DNA from: an uncultured Rivularia sp.
GTDB lineage: Bacteria > Cyanobacteriota > Cyanobacteriia > Cyanobacteriales > Nostocaceae
NCBI GenBank assembly: GCA_963665115.1
Contig: OY762007.1
Location: 544,001-608,000, forward strand
Reading direction: 5' to 3'
DNA length: 64,000 bases
Shown here piece by piece: positions 23,570 through 33,527 of the stretch (position 1 is its first letter; each line of letters starts with the position of its first letter). The notes below the pieces were generated by a model, which saw only the letters and a program-made list of their open reading frames with translations, was not told the origin of the DNA and did not search any database. The translations under genes were made by a program, and so were the position numbers.

Positions 23570-24631
23570 TTAAGTCCAATATAAAATTTCAGCTTCAGGA
23601 AAACGTTCGTTTATTTCGCTTTCAAAAAATGTCCGCAATTCTTTCATGGTGTCCTTATGATAAACATATTTCACACCTCCGAATTTGTTGCGTTTAATGC
23701 TGCGGTTTGACTCATCTAAATCGAGCTTGCTGTTAGGATACCATTCCTGCAAAACTCCTTTAGAACCAGGAGTAAAGCGGTGAGTGATTAATTCAAAAGT
23801 TAAATCGCAGTCGAAATCAAGACTAGAAGAAGCAGCATCAAGCAGTTGAGTATATTCTTCCTGCCAATTTTCAATCGGCATAATCGGTGCGATAACAAAG
23901 CCAATTTTGTAACCACTATCAGCTAACTTACGAATAGCCTGCAAACGCTGCATTACAGAAGCCGTACCACCTTCCAACGTTCGGGAAATAGAAGCAGCAT
24001 TAATACTAAACCGACATCTAGTATTACCGTTATGAGGTAGAGATAAAAGATGATCTACATTTTCAAATTTTGTCACCCAACGTAAATTAGCTTTTTCGCG
24101 AGTACCAAAATAACGGATGCATTCAGCCAAACTTCCCGTTAAATGTTCTATACCCAAAGGATCGGTGTAGCAGCTAACTTCATAGCTAGTTGATTTTTCT
24201 GAATCTTCGTAATTTTTGAGATTATCTAAAATGGTCGGTAAATTAGCGTAAACTCGAATAACCGGAGGTCCTTGAAGACTGCCAGCCAAATAACAATACT
24301 GGCAATGAGCCGGACATCCCTGAGCAAGATGAAACTGCCAATCTGCTGAAGGTGGAATTGGAGTAAGTTTAAACTGACTCTTTGGTGCCGTCACAACCGC
24401 TAAAGTACGCTTAGATGTAGTGTAAGTTTCGCGTTCCGTTTCTCCCCGCAAACCAGTAATGCGATTTTGCTTGAGCTTTTTAACGGGAAGTCCCAAAGAT
24501 TCGACACGGGCCAATATCTGCTGTCCCCAATCCTCATCTAAAGCAGCGGGTGTAAATAATACTTGTTCCGGCATCCACAAACGGTGATGAGACTCGGTAG
24601 TAATAGGAAGTGACTGAGGATTGGCAACCAT
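23570..24631 (-). CDS. Radical SAM protein, spore photoproduct lyase (SplB) family
   Basis: CxxxCxxC (GCPAHCQYCYL), YTDPLGIEHLTGSL and FELITHRFT motifs. Confidence 0.85.
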   Translation of the reverse strand: MVANPQSLPITTESHHRLWMPEQVLFTPAALDEDWGQQILARVESLGLPVKKLKQNRITGLRGETERETYTTSKRTLAVVTAPKSQFKLTPIPPSADWQFHLAQGCPAHCQYCYLAGSLQGPPVIRVYANLPTILDNLKNYEDSEKSTSYEVSCYTDPLGIEHLTGSLAECIRYFGTREKANLRWVTKFENVDHLLSLPHNGNTRCRFSINAASISRTLEGGTASVMQRLQAIRKLADSGYKIGFVIAPIMPIENWQEEYTQLLDAASSSLDFDCDLTFELITHRFTPGSKGVLQEWYPNSKLDLDESNRSIKRNKFGGVKYVYHKDTMKELRTFFESEINERFPEAEILYWT

Positions 24632-24831
24632 AAAAATTTAAAATAAATCTACGATAAAAAACACTGTCTCTAATTTGACAATTAAACTTAAATAATAAAT
24701 CTTCTTATAAGTAGATTTTGATAGTCTAGTAATTAGACCTTTTGATATTCAATGTAAGCGTATTTAAAATTCAAGCTTTTAGAAGGGGTTTTTGGTTCGG
24801 TTGCTACTTACCTGTCAATTGAAAGTAGGAC

Positions 24832-26337
24832 TTACAAGTTTGTAATCAACCTTGCTTTTCTAAGAAAGAATTGTAGTACAGTTTCTTCTCGGGTAATAAT
24901 ATCAGCCCTACCGTCCATTCCTAATTGGATTTGGCATTTGTTTTTAGTATGACCTAAAGCCAGAGTTTGTGGTTTAACAGTTACCTCGTATAAACTACCG
25001 GGTGCAGTTGCTTTTGAGGTATTATTTGTATCAGTAGAAGCAGCATCATTTTGTTGAGGAGCAACAGCATCTGGGGAAATCGCCTTTACCTTACCATTGA
25101 GAGTACCGTAATCTGGGTAAGGACAAGCTCCAACTCGCATTTGCACTTTTTGACCAATTTTCAGCTTACCTTTATCTTCGGAACCTACTACTGCTTTGAT
25201 AACTTTAGGAGCGAATTTAGGGACTATTTGTGCAATTTCTTCACCAGCACGTACAATTTGTCCGGGGTTTCTTAAAGCTAGCTTGGAAATAATACCCTCA
25301 GTATTAGCAGTAATAGTAGTTTGATTCATCTCTTTTTCCACTTGTTTGAGTTCGCTGTTGTCGCGAAGAAGCTGTTTTTGAGTTTCAATTCTTTGCTGAA
25401 TCAATGTTTGGTATTCTTTCTCTAAAACAGCTTTATTGGCTTTTCCTGAAGCTTTCTCTTGAGCAATGCGCTGTGAAGCAACTGCAACTTGTGCATTACT
25501 TGGATTGAGGGCTGCTTGAAAACGTTTTTGTCTGGCGATCGCCGCTTTAACAGATTGCTGTAACTGCTGTATGTTTTCTTGTTGAGCTTTAAAAGCTGCT
25601 TTTTGCGTCAAAACTGCTTGTTCTTGCTGCTTTACAGATAGTTGTGCTTCTTCCATTTGATCTTTAGAAAGCGCTCCTGCTTTGGCTACGCTATTGTATC
25701 TGTTGCGTTTAGATTTAGCTGCTCCCAATGCAGCTTGAGTAGCCTGCAATTTTGCTTGTAGCGATTGTAAGTTGGCTCTACCTTCTTGCAATTTTTCTTG
25801 AGCAATATTAACGTTAGCGCTTGCTTCTTCTAATTCGGAGACGGTAGTAATTTTTTTATTTTCATGTTCCCGACTTCTACCGCTTAATTCAGCTTTGGCT
25901 GAGGCTATAGCACGATTGATGCGGTCAGTTTCGGCTCTAATCTGACTATTGAGGGCATTAATCTGGGCATTGATTTGGACTACTTGTAATCTGGCTTGCC
26001 TAATATTGGTTTGTAGCTGACTTTTTTTAGTTTGTAAGCGGGAGTCATCAATAGTTGCAATTCTATCTCCTTTTTTCACCGCTTGATTTTCTTTGACATA
26101 AATCTGTATTACTTGTCCTTCAGTTGCTGCTTGCACAATTCGCAACTCACCAGCAGGACGAACAACAGCCTGTCCTTTAACAGTTACCTTATATTTAACG
26201 ACAGCAGCCACAGGAACAGCTAGTCCCAAAACCAAAAGAATAAACATTCCGCCAAAAGTAGTCCAGCGACTAATTGGTGGGAGAAATTCGTTTTCTTGTG
26301 CCTCTGGGAGAAAGTTTGGATCGGAGTTGCTAAGCAT
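24832..26337 (-). CDS. HlyD-family membrane fusion protein
   Basis: N-terminal TM, long coiled coil, PYPDYGTLNGKV and C-terminal LGMDGRADII. Confidence 0.9.
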   Translation of the reverse strand: MLSNSDPNFLPEAQENEFLPPISRWTTFGGMFILLVLGLAVPVAAVVKYKVTVKGQAVVRPAGELRIVQAATEGQVIQIYVKENQAVKKGDRIATIDDSRLQTKKSQLQTNIRQARLQVVQINAQINALNSQIRAETDRINRAIASAKAELSGRSREHENKKITTVSELEEASANVNIAQEKLQEGRANLQSLQAKLQATQAALGAAKSKRNRYNSVAKAGALSKDQMEEAQLSVKQQEQAVLTQKAAFKAQQENIQQLQQSVKAAIARQKRFQAALNPSNAQVAVASQRIAQEKASGKANKAVLEKEYQTLIQQRIETQKQLLRDNSELKQVEKEMNQTTITANTEGIISKLALRNPGQIVRAGEEIAQIVPKFAPKVIKAVVGSEDKGKLKIGQKVQMRVGACPYPDYGTLNGKVKAISPDAVAPQQNDAASTDTNNTSKATAPGSLYEVTVKPQTLALGHTKNKCQIQLGMDGRADIITREETVLQFFLRKARLITNL

Positions 26338-26343
26338 GAAAAA

Positions 26344-26520
26344 ATAGGGAGTAGGGAGTAGGGAATAGGAGACGGGGGGATGGGGAGAAAGAGTTAGGAG
26401 TTAGGAGTTACAAAACCATTTGTAGTGTTCGCATCTTGCTCCCTGGCTGTTTCATAAACAATTACCAATTACCAATTACCAATTACCAATGCCCCATGCC
26501 CCATGCCCAATGCCCAATTA
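26344..26520. repeat. STRR heptamer clusters (AGGGAGT, GAGTTAG, ATTACCA, ATGCCCC)
   Basis: Tandem 7-mers in the intergenic spacer. Confidence 0.75.
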
Positions 26521-28713
26521 CTAATTACTAACAACTAAAGAAGAATTGAAACCGTTTTGAGGTGAGATAAAATCATCTAAGAAATCTAAATGCTCACCTT
26601 CGATTTGACGCAGTTCTTGTGGTTTTCCTTGAATTTTTAAACGTCCATTTTCAAGCAGCACAATCCAATCAGCACGCCCGATAACTTTGGGACGGTGACT
26701 AATCATAATTGTGGTTTTATCTTGACGATAGTAAATTAGTTTATCTAATATTTGGGCTTCACTAACTGGGTCGAGAGCGCCTGTAGATTCATCTAAAATC
26801 AGTATGGGTGGCTCGGTAACAATTGCTCTGGCTATGGCTAATCTTTGTTTTTGACCACCCGAAAGATTGGCACCAAATTCACCTAAAATAGTTTGATATT
26901 TATCTGGTAGTTTGCTGATAAATTCATCTGCACCAGCAATTTGACAAGCTTTTACTATATCTTCAAAACTAATATTGGGATAACTAAAATGGAAATTTTC
27001 AATAATTGAACGACTCCAGAAATGGGGTTCTTGGGGAACTAACACTACCTGTTGTCGCAGACATTCTAAAGATAAGTCTTGTTGATTGTATACACCATAG
27101 CGGATATTACCAGATTGAACTTCGTATAAACCAGCGATTAGTTTAGCAAGGGTGCTTTTACCGCAGCCAGATTTACCGATTAAAGCAGTAACTTTACCCC
27201 CAGGAATATTTACGGAAAAATCTGCTAATAAATCAACTCTACCGGCATGGTGGAAATTAATGTTAGTACAAATAATATCTTGATTACGAGAAATTTCTGC
27301 CCAAGGCTTTTTGAAATCATTTTCATCTTCTTGGGTGGTATCGATGACTTCATTCAAACGTTGGACAACAACCTTAGCAATTACAAACTCATCAATTAAC
27401 CCAATAGCAGTACTCAGGAATCCGAGAAAGTTACCACTCATGCCATAAAAAGCCAGCAGTTGCCCGATAGATAAAGTATTACCAATTACTAAATAACTAC
27501 CCAACCAAAGTACGCCAATATTAGTTAAATTTGAAAAAATACCAGTTATTGTACTGCTATAAAGCTCCAGCTTCATAGTTTTCCATCCTACGTTCGCAAG
27601 TTTACCGTAATTTGATTGGTATTCTTGCCATGCTTGGGGTGTAGCTTGAGTGGTTTTTAGTACTTGAACCCCGCGAAAAGTCTCTACAAGAAAACCTTGA
27701 TTTTCTGTACCCAAAACAATTTGTTTGCGGCTTTGCTGGTGCATTGCTGGTAGGAAAAGCAGGTTAATAGCTGCAACCAAGATAAAAGCAATAATAGAAG
27801 CTAAAGTAAGTTGCCAGCTGTAAAACAGCATAAAGCTCAAGGAAACTATGGCGATAAAAAATTGACTGGGTAAACCAAGAACTATCTGGGAAACTAACCG
27901 ATTAACTGCACTAATATCGGCAATGCGGCTAACCACTTCCCCACTACGACGACCTTCAAAATATGATAGGGGTAAGTGCAACAGTTTGCGCCCATATTCA
28001 AAGATTAACCCTAATTGCAACCGCTGACCAAAATGACCAATTAAGTGAGCCTGTACCAAGCCAATTACACTTTTGATTAAGTTCAATGTAATTACCCCAA
28101 TTGCTACGGTGGTTAACAATTGAGTATCTCCCCGCACCAGCACATCATCGGTGAGGAGTTGCATCATAAACGGAGATGCTAAGGAAAGTAATCCTACTGC
28201 AAAGTTCATTGCAATGGCTTGAGCAAGAATAAACCGATAGGGCAAAACCCTGACCAAAAAGCGTTTAAAGCCTTGAACTTTGTCTTCCTGTTGCTGCTTA
28301 AAGCGGATATCGTCTGGTACTAACAGCAGCATAACACCGTTAAGCCAACTACTAATTAACTCCTCGTGGCTGAGATAGCGGATACCAATACCGGGGTCGG
28401 AAATTACATATTTTTTACGTTTTAATCCATACAAAACAACCCAGTGATTACCTTTCCAGTGGATAATCGCTGGTAAAGGAGCATTATGCAATTTCTTCAA
28501 AAACTCACTGCTAGCTCTGACACATTGAGTGTTGAATCCTAGAACTTCTGCACCTCGGCTCAAACCTAACAAAGAGGTTCCCCGCGAACCTGTTCCTACT
28601 GCTTCTCGCACTCGATGTATGGCAAAGTTGCGTCCATAATGTTTAGCAACAGTCGCAATACAAGCCGCACCACAGTCTTCTTCGCTGTGTTGTCGAACAA
28701 CTTGGTATTTCAT
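26521..28713 (-). CDS. Peptidase-containing ABC transporter (C39 + TMD + ABC), bacteriocin/T1SS exporter
   Basis: QHSEEDCGAAC (catalytic Cys), HWVV, Walker A GKSGCGKST, signature LSGGQKQR. Confidence 0.93.
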   Translation of the reverse strand: MKYQVVRQHSEEDCGAACIATVAKHYGRNFAIHRVREAVGTGSRGTSLLGLSRGAEVLGFNTQCVRASSEFLKKLHNAPLPAIIHWKGNHWVVLYGLKRKKYVISDPGIGIRYLSHEELISSWLNGVMLLLVPDDIRFKQQQEDKVQGFKRFLVRVLPYRFILAQAIAMNFAVGLLSLASPFMMQLLTDDVLVRGDTQLLTTVAIGVITLNLIKSVIGLVQAHLIGHFGQRLQLGLIFEYGRKLLHLPLSYFEGRRSGEVVSRIADISAVNRLVSQIVLGLPSQFFIAIVSLSFMLFYSWQLTLASIIAFILVAAINLLFLPAMHQQSRKQIVLGTENQGFLVETFRGVQVLKTTQATPQAWQEYQSNYGKLANVGWKTMKLELYSSTITGIFSNLTNIGVLWLGSYLVIGNTLSIGQLLAFYGMSGNFLGFLSTAIGLIDEFVIAKVVVQRLNEVIDTTQEDENDFKKPWAEISRNQDIICTNINFHHAGRVDLLADFSVNIPGGKVTALIGKSGCGKSTLAKLIAGLYEVQSGNIRYGVYNQQDLSLECLRQQVVLVPQEPHFWSRSIIENFHFSYPNISFEDIVKACQIAGADEFISKLPDKYQTILGEFGANLSGGQKQRLAIARAIVTEPPILILDESTGALDPVSEAQILDKLIYYRQDKTTIMISHRPKVIGRADWIVLLENGRLKIQGKPQELRQIEGEHLDFLDDFISPQNGFNSSLVVSN

Positions 28714-29171
28714 ATATATAAATAAGTGCTTAATTTTTAAAGCAAGGGTAGTACTGAAGGGAGCATCCCAATTTTTGAATATATCGTAGTGGGAGCGTCT
28801 CGCTCCCTGGTGTTAACTAGCGAGCAAGATACTTGTCTTAGGGACACGCTACCTTATGTCATTTTTCTCCTTAATTAGATCGCAATCAATTTAAATAGTG
28901 ATTTTAATAACCACAATTTAACAATATTAGTTAAGCATTTAGATAAGCAATCCAATTTTTTTAGTTATTGTGTCTAAATTTTTTAGGTTTTATTTGATAA
29001 AGTGGCAGTACCACCCCTAAATCATTTTTCATAGTTCGGATGCTTTCGATTATTTAATAGTAACTATAAAATTGTTTAATCTTTAAATATTTTTCATGAT
29101 TATTTTATCAGTTTATCCATGAATTATAATATTTAAAGAGACTGTAGTTAATAAAGATACGGTGTATAACT

Positions 29172-29510
29172 ATGAGCTTTTCTGATTCAAAGCAGAACAA
29201 AAATTTTGGTAATCAACATTCATCTAAATAGTTCCAAAAAATTTCAACCTAAAACAAGAGTTTTGACTATAATTTTCTAAGTCCACAAATTAGAACTCTT
29301 ATATAACTTAAAACTAGTGAAATTAAAAGTTTGATACGTAAGAATGTTCCGGAGATAATTGATATTGGTCTAAATTTGATTGAAGTCGAAGCTCAATTTG
29401 GTGATGCAAATTTCAGAGATTTGTTGAAAGCTGAACTTGATTGGAGTGTAAGAATAGCATCTAGATTTATGCGGTTATATACTTACAAATATTCTCGTCT
29501 ACTTACTTAA
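29172..29510 (+). pseudogene. DUF3102-like protein remnant with three in-frame stops, 3'-truncated
   Basis: Reading through stops gives FDYNFLSPQIRTLI*LKTSEIKSLIRKNVPEIIDIGLNLIEVEAQFGDANFRDLLKAELDWSVRIASRFM. Confidence 0.65.
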
Positions 29511-29528
29511 TACTGAGGTAAATAGGTC

Positions 29529-29723
29529 ATGAAATTTACTAACGACACATGGTTCCATACGTTAGTAATAGTACTAATAACTTTTGTGAGTGCCTTCATA
29601 GGTGAATTCATTCTTGAAAATGTATTTGGTATTGAGGATAAGAATCTTTTAAAGTTGCTAACGCCTTTGTTTGTTGGTTTTCCGGTTAGTTTGTATTTTA
29701 TCAAAAGAGTCAAAAGGAAGTAA
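29529..29723 (+). CDS. 64-aa two-TM small membrane protein, paralog 1
   Basis: GAGGT RBS; conserved MKFTNDTWFHTLV...KRVKRK ends shared with paralogs 2 and 3. Confidence 0.8.
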   Translation: MKFTNDTWFHTLVIVLITFVSAFIGEFILENVFGIEDKNLLKLLTPLFVGFPVSLYFIKRVKRK

Positions 29724-29819
29724 TTTTATAAGCACCTCCGACTTTAAGTCGTCGCAACAATAGCCAAGGTTTTCAGATGGCAATCCTTGCCGTCATCATA
29801 ATATTGAGGTCAATACGTT

Positions 29820-30014
29820 ATGAAATTTACTAACGCGACATGGTTCCATACGTTAGTAATAGTATTAATAGTTTTTGTGAGTTACTTCATAGCTACACTC
29901 ATCGTTGAAAAGGTATTTGGTATTAAGAAAGATTTTCTTGTAACCTCGTTCACGATGCTGCTTGCCTATGCTCCGGTTTATTTCTATTTTACCAAAAGAG
30001 TCAAAAGGAAGTAA
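29820..30014 (+). CDS. 64-aa two-TM small membrane protein, paralog 2
   Basis: Same length, RBS and termini as paralogs 1 and 3. Confidence 0.8.
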   Translation: MKFTNATWFHTLVIVLIVFVSYFIATLIVEKVFGIKKDFLVTSFTMLLAYAPVYFYFTKRVKRK

Positions 30015-30189
30015 CTTTATTTCCACCCAATTCTGATGATGTATAATAATCCTAAATAATCGTGATGTTCTCGTCGTGCAGGTTAGACAAGGTTAGTTAT
30101 AAAATTAGGACGCGATAAAAGTATCAAAATATTAGTTGCATACTTACAAATATTCTCGCCCACTTACTTAATACTGAGGTCAATACGTT

Positions 30190-30384
30190 ATGAAATTTAC
30201 TAACGACACATGGTTCCATACGCTAGTATTTGCACTAATAAGTTTTATAGCTGTGTCCATAGCTACATTCATCGCTGAAAAGGTATTTGGTACTAAGGAA
30301 GATAGACTTGTAGCCGTGCTAACAAGTGTGATTGCTAGTCCTATTCTTTATTTCTATTTTACCAAAAGAGTCAAAAGGAAGTAA
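30190..30384 (+). CDS. 64-aa two-TM small membrane protein, paralog 3
   Basis: Same length and termini; ~40 bp upstream repeats the sequence upstream of paralog 1. Confidence 0.8.
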   Translation: MKFTNDTWFHTLVFALISFIAVSIATFIAEKVFGTKEDRLVAVLTSVIASPILYFYFTKRVKRK

Positions 30385-30653
30385 TATAAGCACCAGATTA
30401 ATGATGTTGAAGTAATTATGTATGAAAAAGTTTTGGATGTTAAATAATTTTCTATGGAGTTATTTTATGCATTTATAAATGGTAATAAATGTTTTATTTT
30501 TGAGAAGATTACTTCATCTACAGAGTTACAACAAAGGGCTATAGATTTACTTGAAATTAACTTGACTTGTACCCAGTAAACTCGGAATCTAAATCTCTGC
30601 AAGCCTTGCTAAGTATACCGATATTTGTTTTGTTAAAGGAAAATTTCAGTTTA

Positions 30654-30909
30654 TATAGCGGTTTTCACTCTTGAGCAATATAGTTTTAACCTCTCTCCTT
30701 GCAGGAGAGAGGTTTTAATTCTTACTCCCCTTCCCTTGCTCTTATGGGGCTGGGGGTTAGGTTTGTATTGCACTCAACCGAAAAGCGCTATAAGTAACTA
30801 GGTAAAATTAAATATAATACCTCACCCTGCCTCCGGCTTCCCTCTCCTTATTAAGGAGAGGGATTGAGGGTGAGGTATTATCTTATATTTAATTACATCT
30901 ACCCACTTA
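30654..30909. mobile_element. Two abutting MITE-like elements (TATAGCGGTTTTC...GAAAAGCGCTATA; TAAGTAACTAGG...CTACCCACTTA) with internal hairpins
   Basis: Imperfect terminal inverted repeats; internal palindromes CCTCTCTCC/GGAGAGAGG and ATACCTCACCCT/AGGGTGAGGTAT. Confidence 0.6.
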
Positions 30910-31113
30910 GTACATATGTTTAATTCGACAGGGGTAATGCTGCCACTTTATTAAAACCTAAATAATTTAGACAGAAGAACTAAAAAAATTGGATTGCTCA
31001 TCAAAGGCTTAACTAATATTGTTAAATTATGGTGATTTAATTCACCACTTAAATTTCTTGACCTATAAGAGTTAAGAAGTTCTGTAAATCATTTGAAATC
31101 AAAGGAAAAAACG

Positions 31114-31419
31114 ATGGCTATTGCATCATTAGAATTAGATAACTTAAATTTGTTCGATTTAAACGACGAAGAATCAGCAGCAGTAAATGGAGGAGTGGCT
31201 ATTGGTGTTGCTACTGCGCTTGGTACTACTACTGCAATCGCTGTGCAGGGTTTATTAGACCCAAACTCAACTTCGAGAGATATACTCAGAAGGCAACTTG
31301 ATTCCATTGGTAGCATTGCTCTTAATAATGGGTTACAGTTTGTAGTTCCTATAATTCTCGGTGCTAGTGCCATTGTACCAGGTGCTTTAACTCTTGCTTC
31401 TTTAGGAAAATCAAAGTAA
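31114..31419 (+). CDS. Double-glycine-leader bacteriocin-like precursor (27-aa leader, 74-aa hydrophobic core)
   Basis: AAAGGA RBS; leader ends LFDLNDEESAAVNGG; a C39 exporter is nearby. Confidence 0.72.
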   Translation: MAIASLELDNLNLFDLNDEESAAVNGGVAIGVATALGTTTAIAVQGLLDPNSTSRDILRRQLDSIGSIALNNGLQFVVPIILGASAIVPGALTLASLGKSK

Positions 31420-31495
31420 TAAAATATTCTGCTTTATCAAGCGTGGCTGTTATTAAATCCTTCGGAATATAGCGCCCTTTGATGCATTTTCCCAA

Positions 31496-31539
31496 AGCAG
31501 ACTTCGGAGATTTAATCCTTCCGAAGTCTGCTATCTTTT
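31496..31539 (+). terminator. Hairpin/terminator after the precursor gene
   Basis: Perfect 13-bp stem AGCAGACTTCGGA/TCCGAAGTCTGCT followed by ATCTTTT. Confidence 0.65.
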
Positions 31540-31568
31540 GCCCGTAAACAGTTTACTTGATTAATCAT

Positions 31569-33377
31569 ATGGCTGGAAAAGTAACAAGTCATGGCGATCG
31601 CGCAATGCGTTCAGATATAGCCCGAGAACTTTTTGAGGTAGATGGAACAGGGATAAAGATTGGCGTTATCTCTGGAAGCTTTAATGCATTAAATGGTTTA
31701 GATGCTGATGTAATAAGTGGTGATTTACCAGGAGAAAACAATCCTGATGGAAAAACTGTTCCTGTAAGTATTCTCAAAGACCTTAATAATACTTCTCCTT
31801 TGAGCAGTGATGAAGGGAGAGCATTAGCACAGATTATTCACGACATTGCTCCAGGAGCAGAAATCTATTTTCATTCAGTTGTTGAAAATGAGGGAGAAAA
31901 TTCTATTGAAATAAATGAAGAAGGCTTCACTAATGCAGTTTCATCTTTAATAGCAGAAGAGGTAGATATTATTATTGAGGATTCTGTTATACCTGCCCCT
32001 ATTTTTCAGGATGGAATAGCAGCCGAAGCGGTTCAGAAAGCAACAGATGAAGGAATAATTTTTGTTACTGCTGCGGGGAATAATGGAAACATTGCTTATG
32101 AAAGTGAATTTCGTCCTGGAGAAACATTTACTATAGGAGAAAATACTTTTGAAGCTCATGATTTCGATTCAGGATCTGGTATAGATATTTTTCAAAATAT
32201 AGAGGTAACAGAAGATGGCACAGGAATTCGTCCGCTTTTAAGCTGGGATGAGCCAATTGGTAATGTGGGTTCGGGGTATACAATGTTTCTGCTTAACAGC
32301 CCAGAGCTTCCAAGTTTGGAAAATATTGACAATATAGCCAGTATTTCTGTTCCTCCTTCCCTTTCAGCTAATGACGATCCGCTAAGAACCTTTTTCTATC
32401 CCCCAGAAAAAGATGAAACTCTTTATCTTCTTATCGCAAGAGAAGCTATTAATCCGCCTGAAGCTGACACCATCAAATGGGTTAGTTTAGCTAATGGACT
32501 AGATCGTACTACTAACTACGAGTATGTAGACAAAGACTCTGTGAATCGTACTGTAATTGGTCAAGCCAATGCTCCTACGGCAATTGCTGTAGGAGCATCA
32601 GACGTAAATAATCCTCAAGATGTAAGAACATACACGAGTAGAGGAGGCTCTCCAATTCTTTTTGATACAGAAGGTAATAGACTTTCTTCACCTGTTTTGA
32701 GAGAAAAGCCTGAAATTTTTGCTCCCGATGGTGTAGAAACTACCTTTAGCCCAGATAGTTCATTTTTTAATCCTTTTGAAGGAACATCTGCTTCGGCTCC
32801 TCATGTAGCTGGGGTAGTCGCATTAATGCTGGAGAGAGCAGGGGGAATTTCACCAGAAGACGTGCGTTCAATATTACAAGAAACTTCCCTTACTGTAAGT
32901 GAAAATACAGGATTTGTACAAGCCGATGATGCAATTATCGGCTCTTTTATTTCAGAACATAGAGGTACAGAAAATAGTGATATCCTTCGAGGAAGTGAAG
33001 AAGCAGATAACCTTTACGGACAAGAAGGAAATGACATTCTTTTAGGGAAGAATGGAAAAGATTATCTCACTGGGGGTAGTGGTGCGGATATTCTTCTCGG
33101 AGGAGAAGACAATGATGTTCTTTTAGGAGATAGTGGTAAAAATATACTTTCAGGTGGAACAGGAAAAGATACGTTTTGGTTAAATCTTACAGGCTTTTCT
33201 CTCATTACTGATTTTGAGATAGAAAAAGATTCTCTTGCCTTTTCGGAAATAGAAGATGCAGAAAATCTTACGTTTTCACAAAAGGGACATAATACGTTAA
33301 TAAACTATTCAGAAGAGAGTATTGCGATGATTTTGGGAGTTGAAGTTGATGCAAATATTGATATTACATTTGTCTAG
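31569..33377 (+). CDS. S8 subtilase-family protease with C-terminal RTX (GGxGxD) repeats
   Basis: AAGN oxyanion motif, GTSASAPHVAG catalytic Ser, DEGRALAQIIHDIAPGA, nonapeptide repeats such as LTGGSGADIL. Confidence 0.85.
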   Translation: MAGKVTSHGDRAMRSDIARELFEVDGTGIKIGVISGSFNALNGLDADVISGDLPGENNPDGKTVPVSILKDLNNTSPLSSDEGRALAQIIHDIAPGAEIYFHSVVENEGENSIEINEEGFTNAVSSLIAEEVDIIIEDSVIPAPIFQDGIAAEAVQKATDEGIIFVTAAGNNGNIAYESEFRPGETFTIGENTFEAHDFDSGSGIDIFQNIEVTEDGTGIRPLLSWDEPIGNVGSGYTMFLLNSPELPSLENIDNIASISVPPSLSANDDPLRTFFYPPEKDETLYLLIAREAINPPEADTIKWVSLANGLDRTTNYEYVDKDSVNRTVIGQANAPTAIAVGASDVNNPQDVRTYTSRGGSPILFDTEGNRLSSPVLREKPEIFAPDGVETTFSPDSSFFNPFEGTSASAPHVAGVVALMLERAGGISPEDVRSILQETSLTVSENTGFVQADDAIIGSFISEHRGTENSDILRGSEEADNLYGQEGNDILLGKNGKDYLTGGSGADILLGGEDNDVLLGDSGKNILSGGTGKDTFWLNLTGFSLITDFEIEKDSLAFSEIEDAENLTFSQKGHNTLINYSEESIAMILGVEVDANIDITFV

Positions 33378-33527
33378 CTTAAAAGAATTACCATATTACT
33401 CCCAAATCAATACAATGTGACTATTTCCAAGCTGTATATCCCCCACAATTATGCGGCTGTGAGTTTATCTAATAAAATCATCTTTGGATGAAACAAAAGT
33501 AGTTAAAACTTAGACAAAGCATTTCTC

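Noticed and set aside
29529..30384. 64-aa paralogs as RiPP precursors or DGR targets
   Set aside because: No double-glycine leader, no modifying enzyme or reverse transcriptase in the window, and variation is not adenine-restricted.
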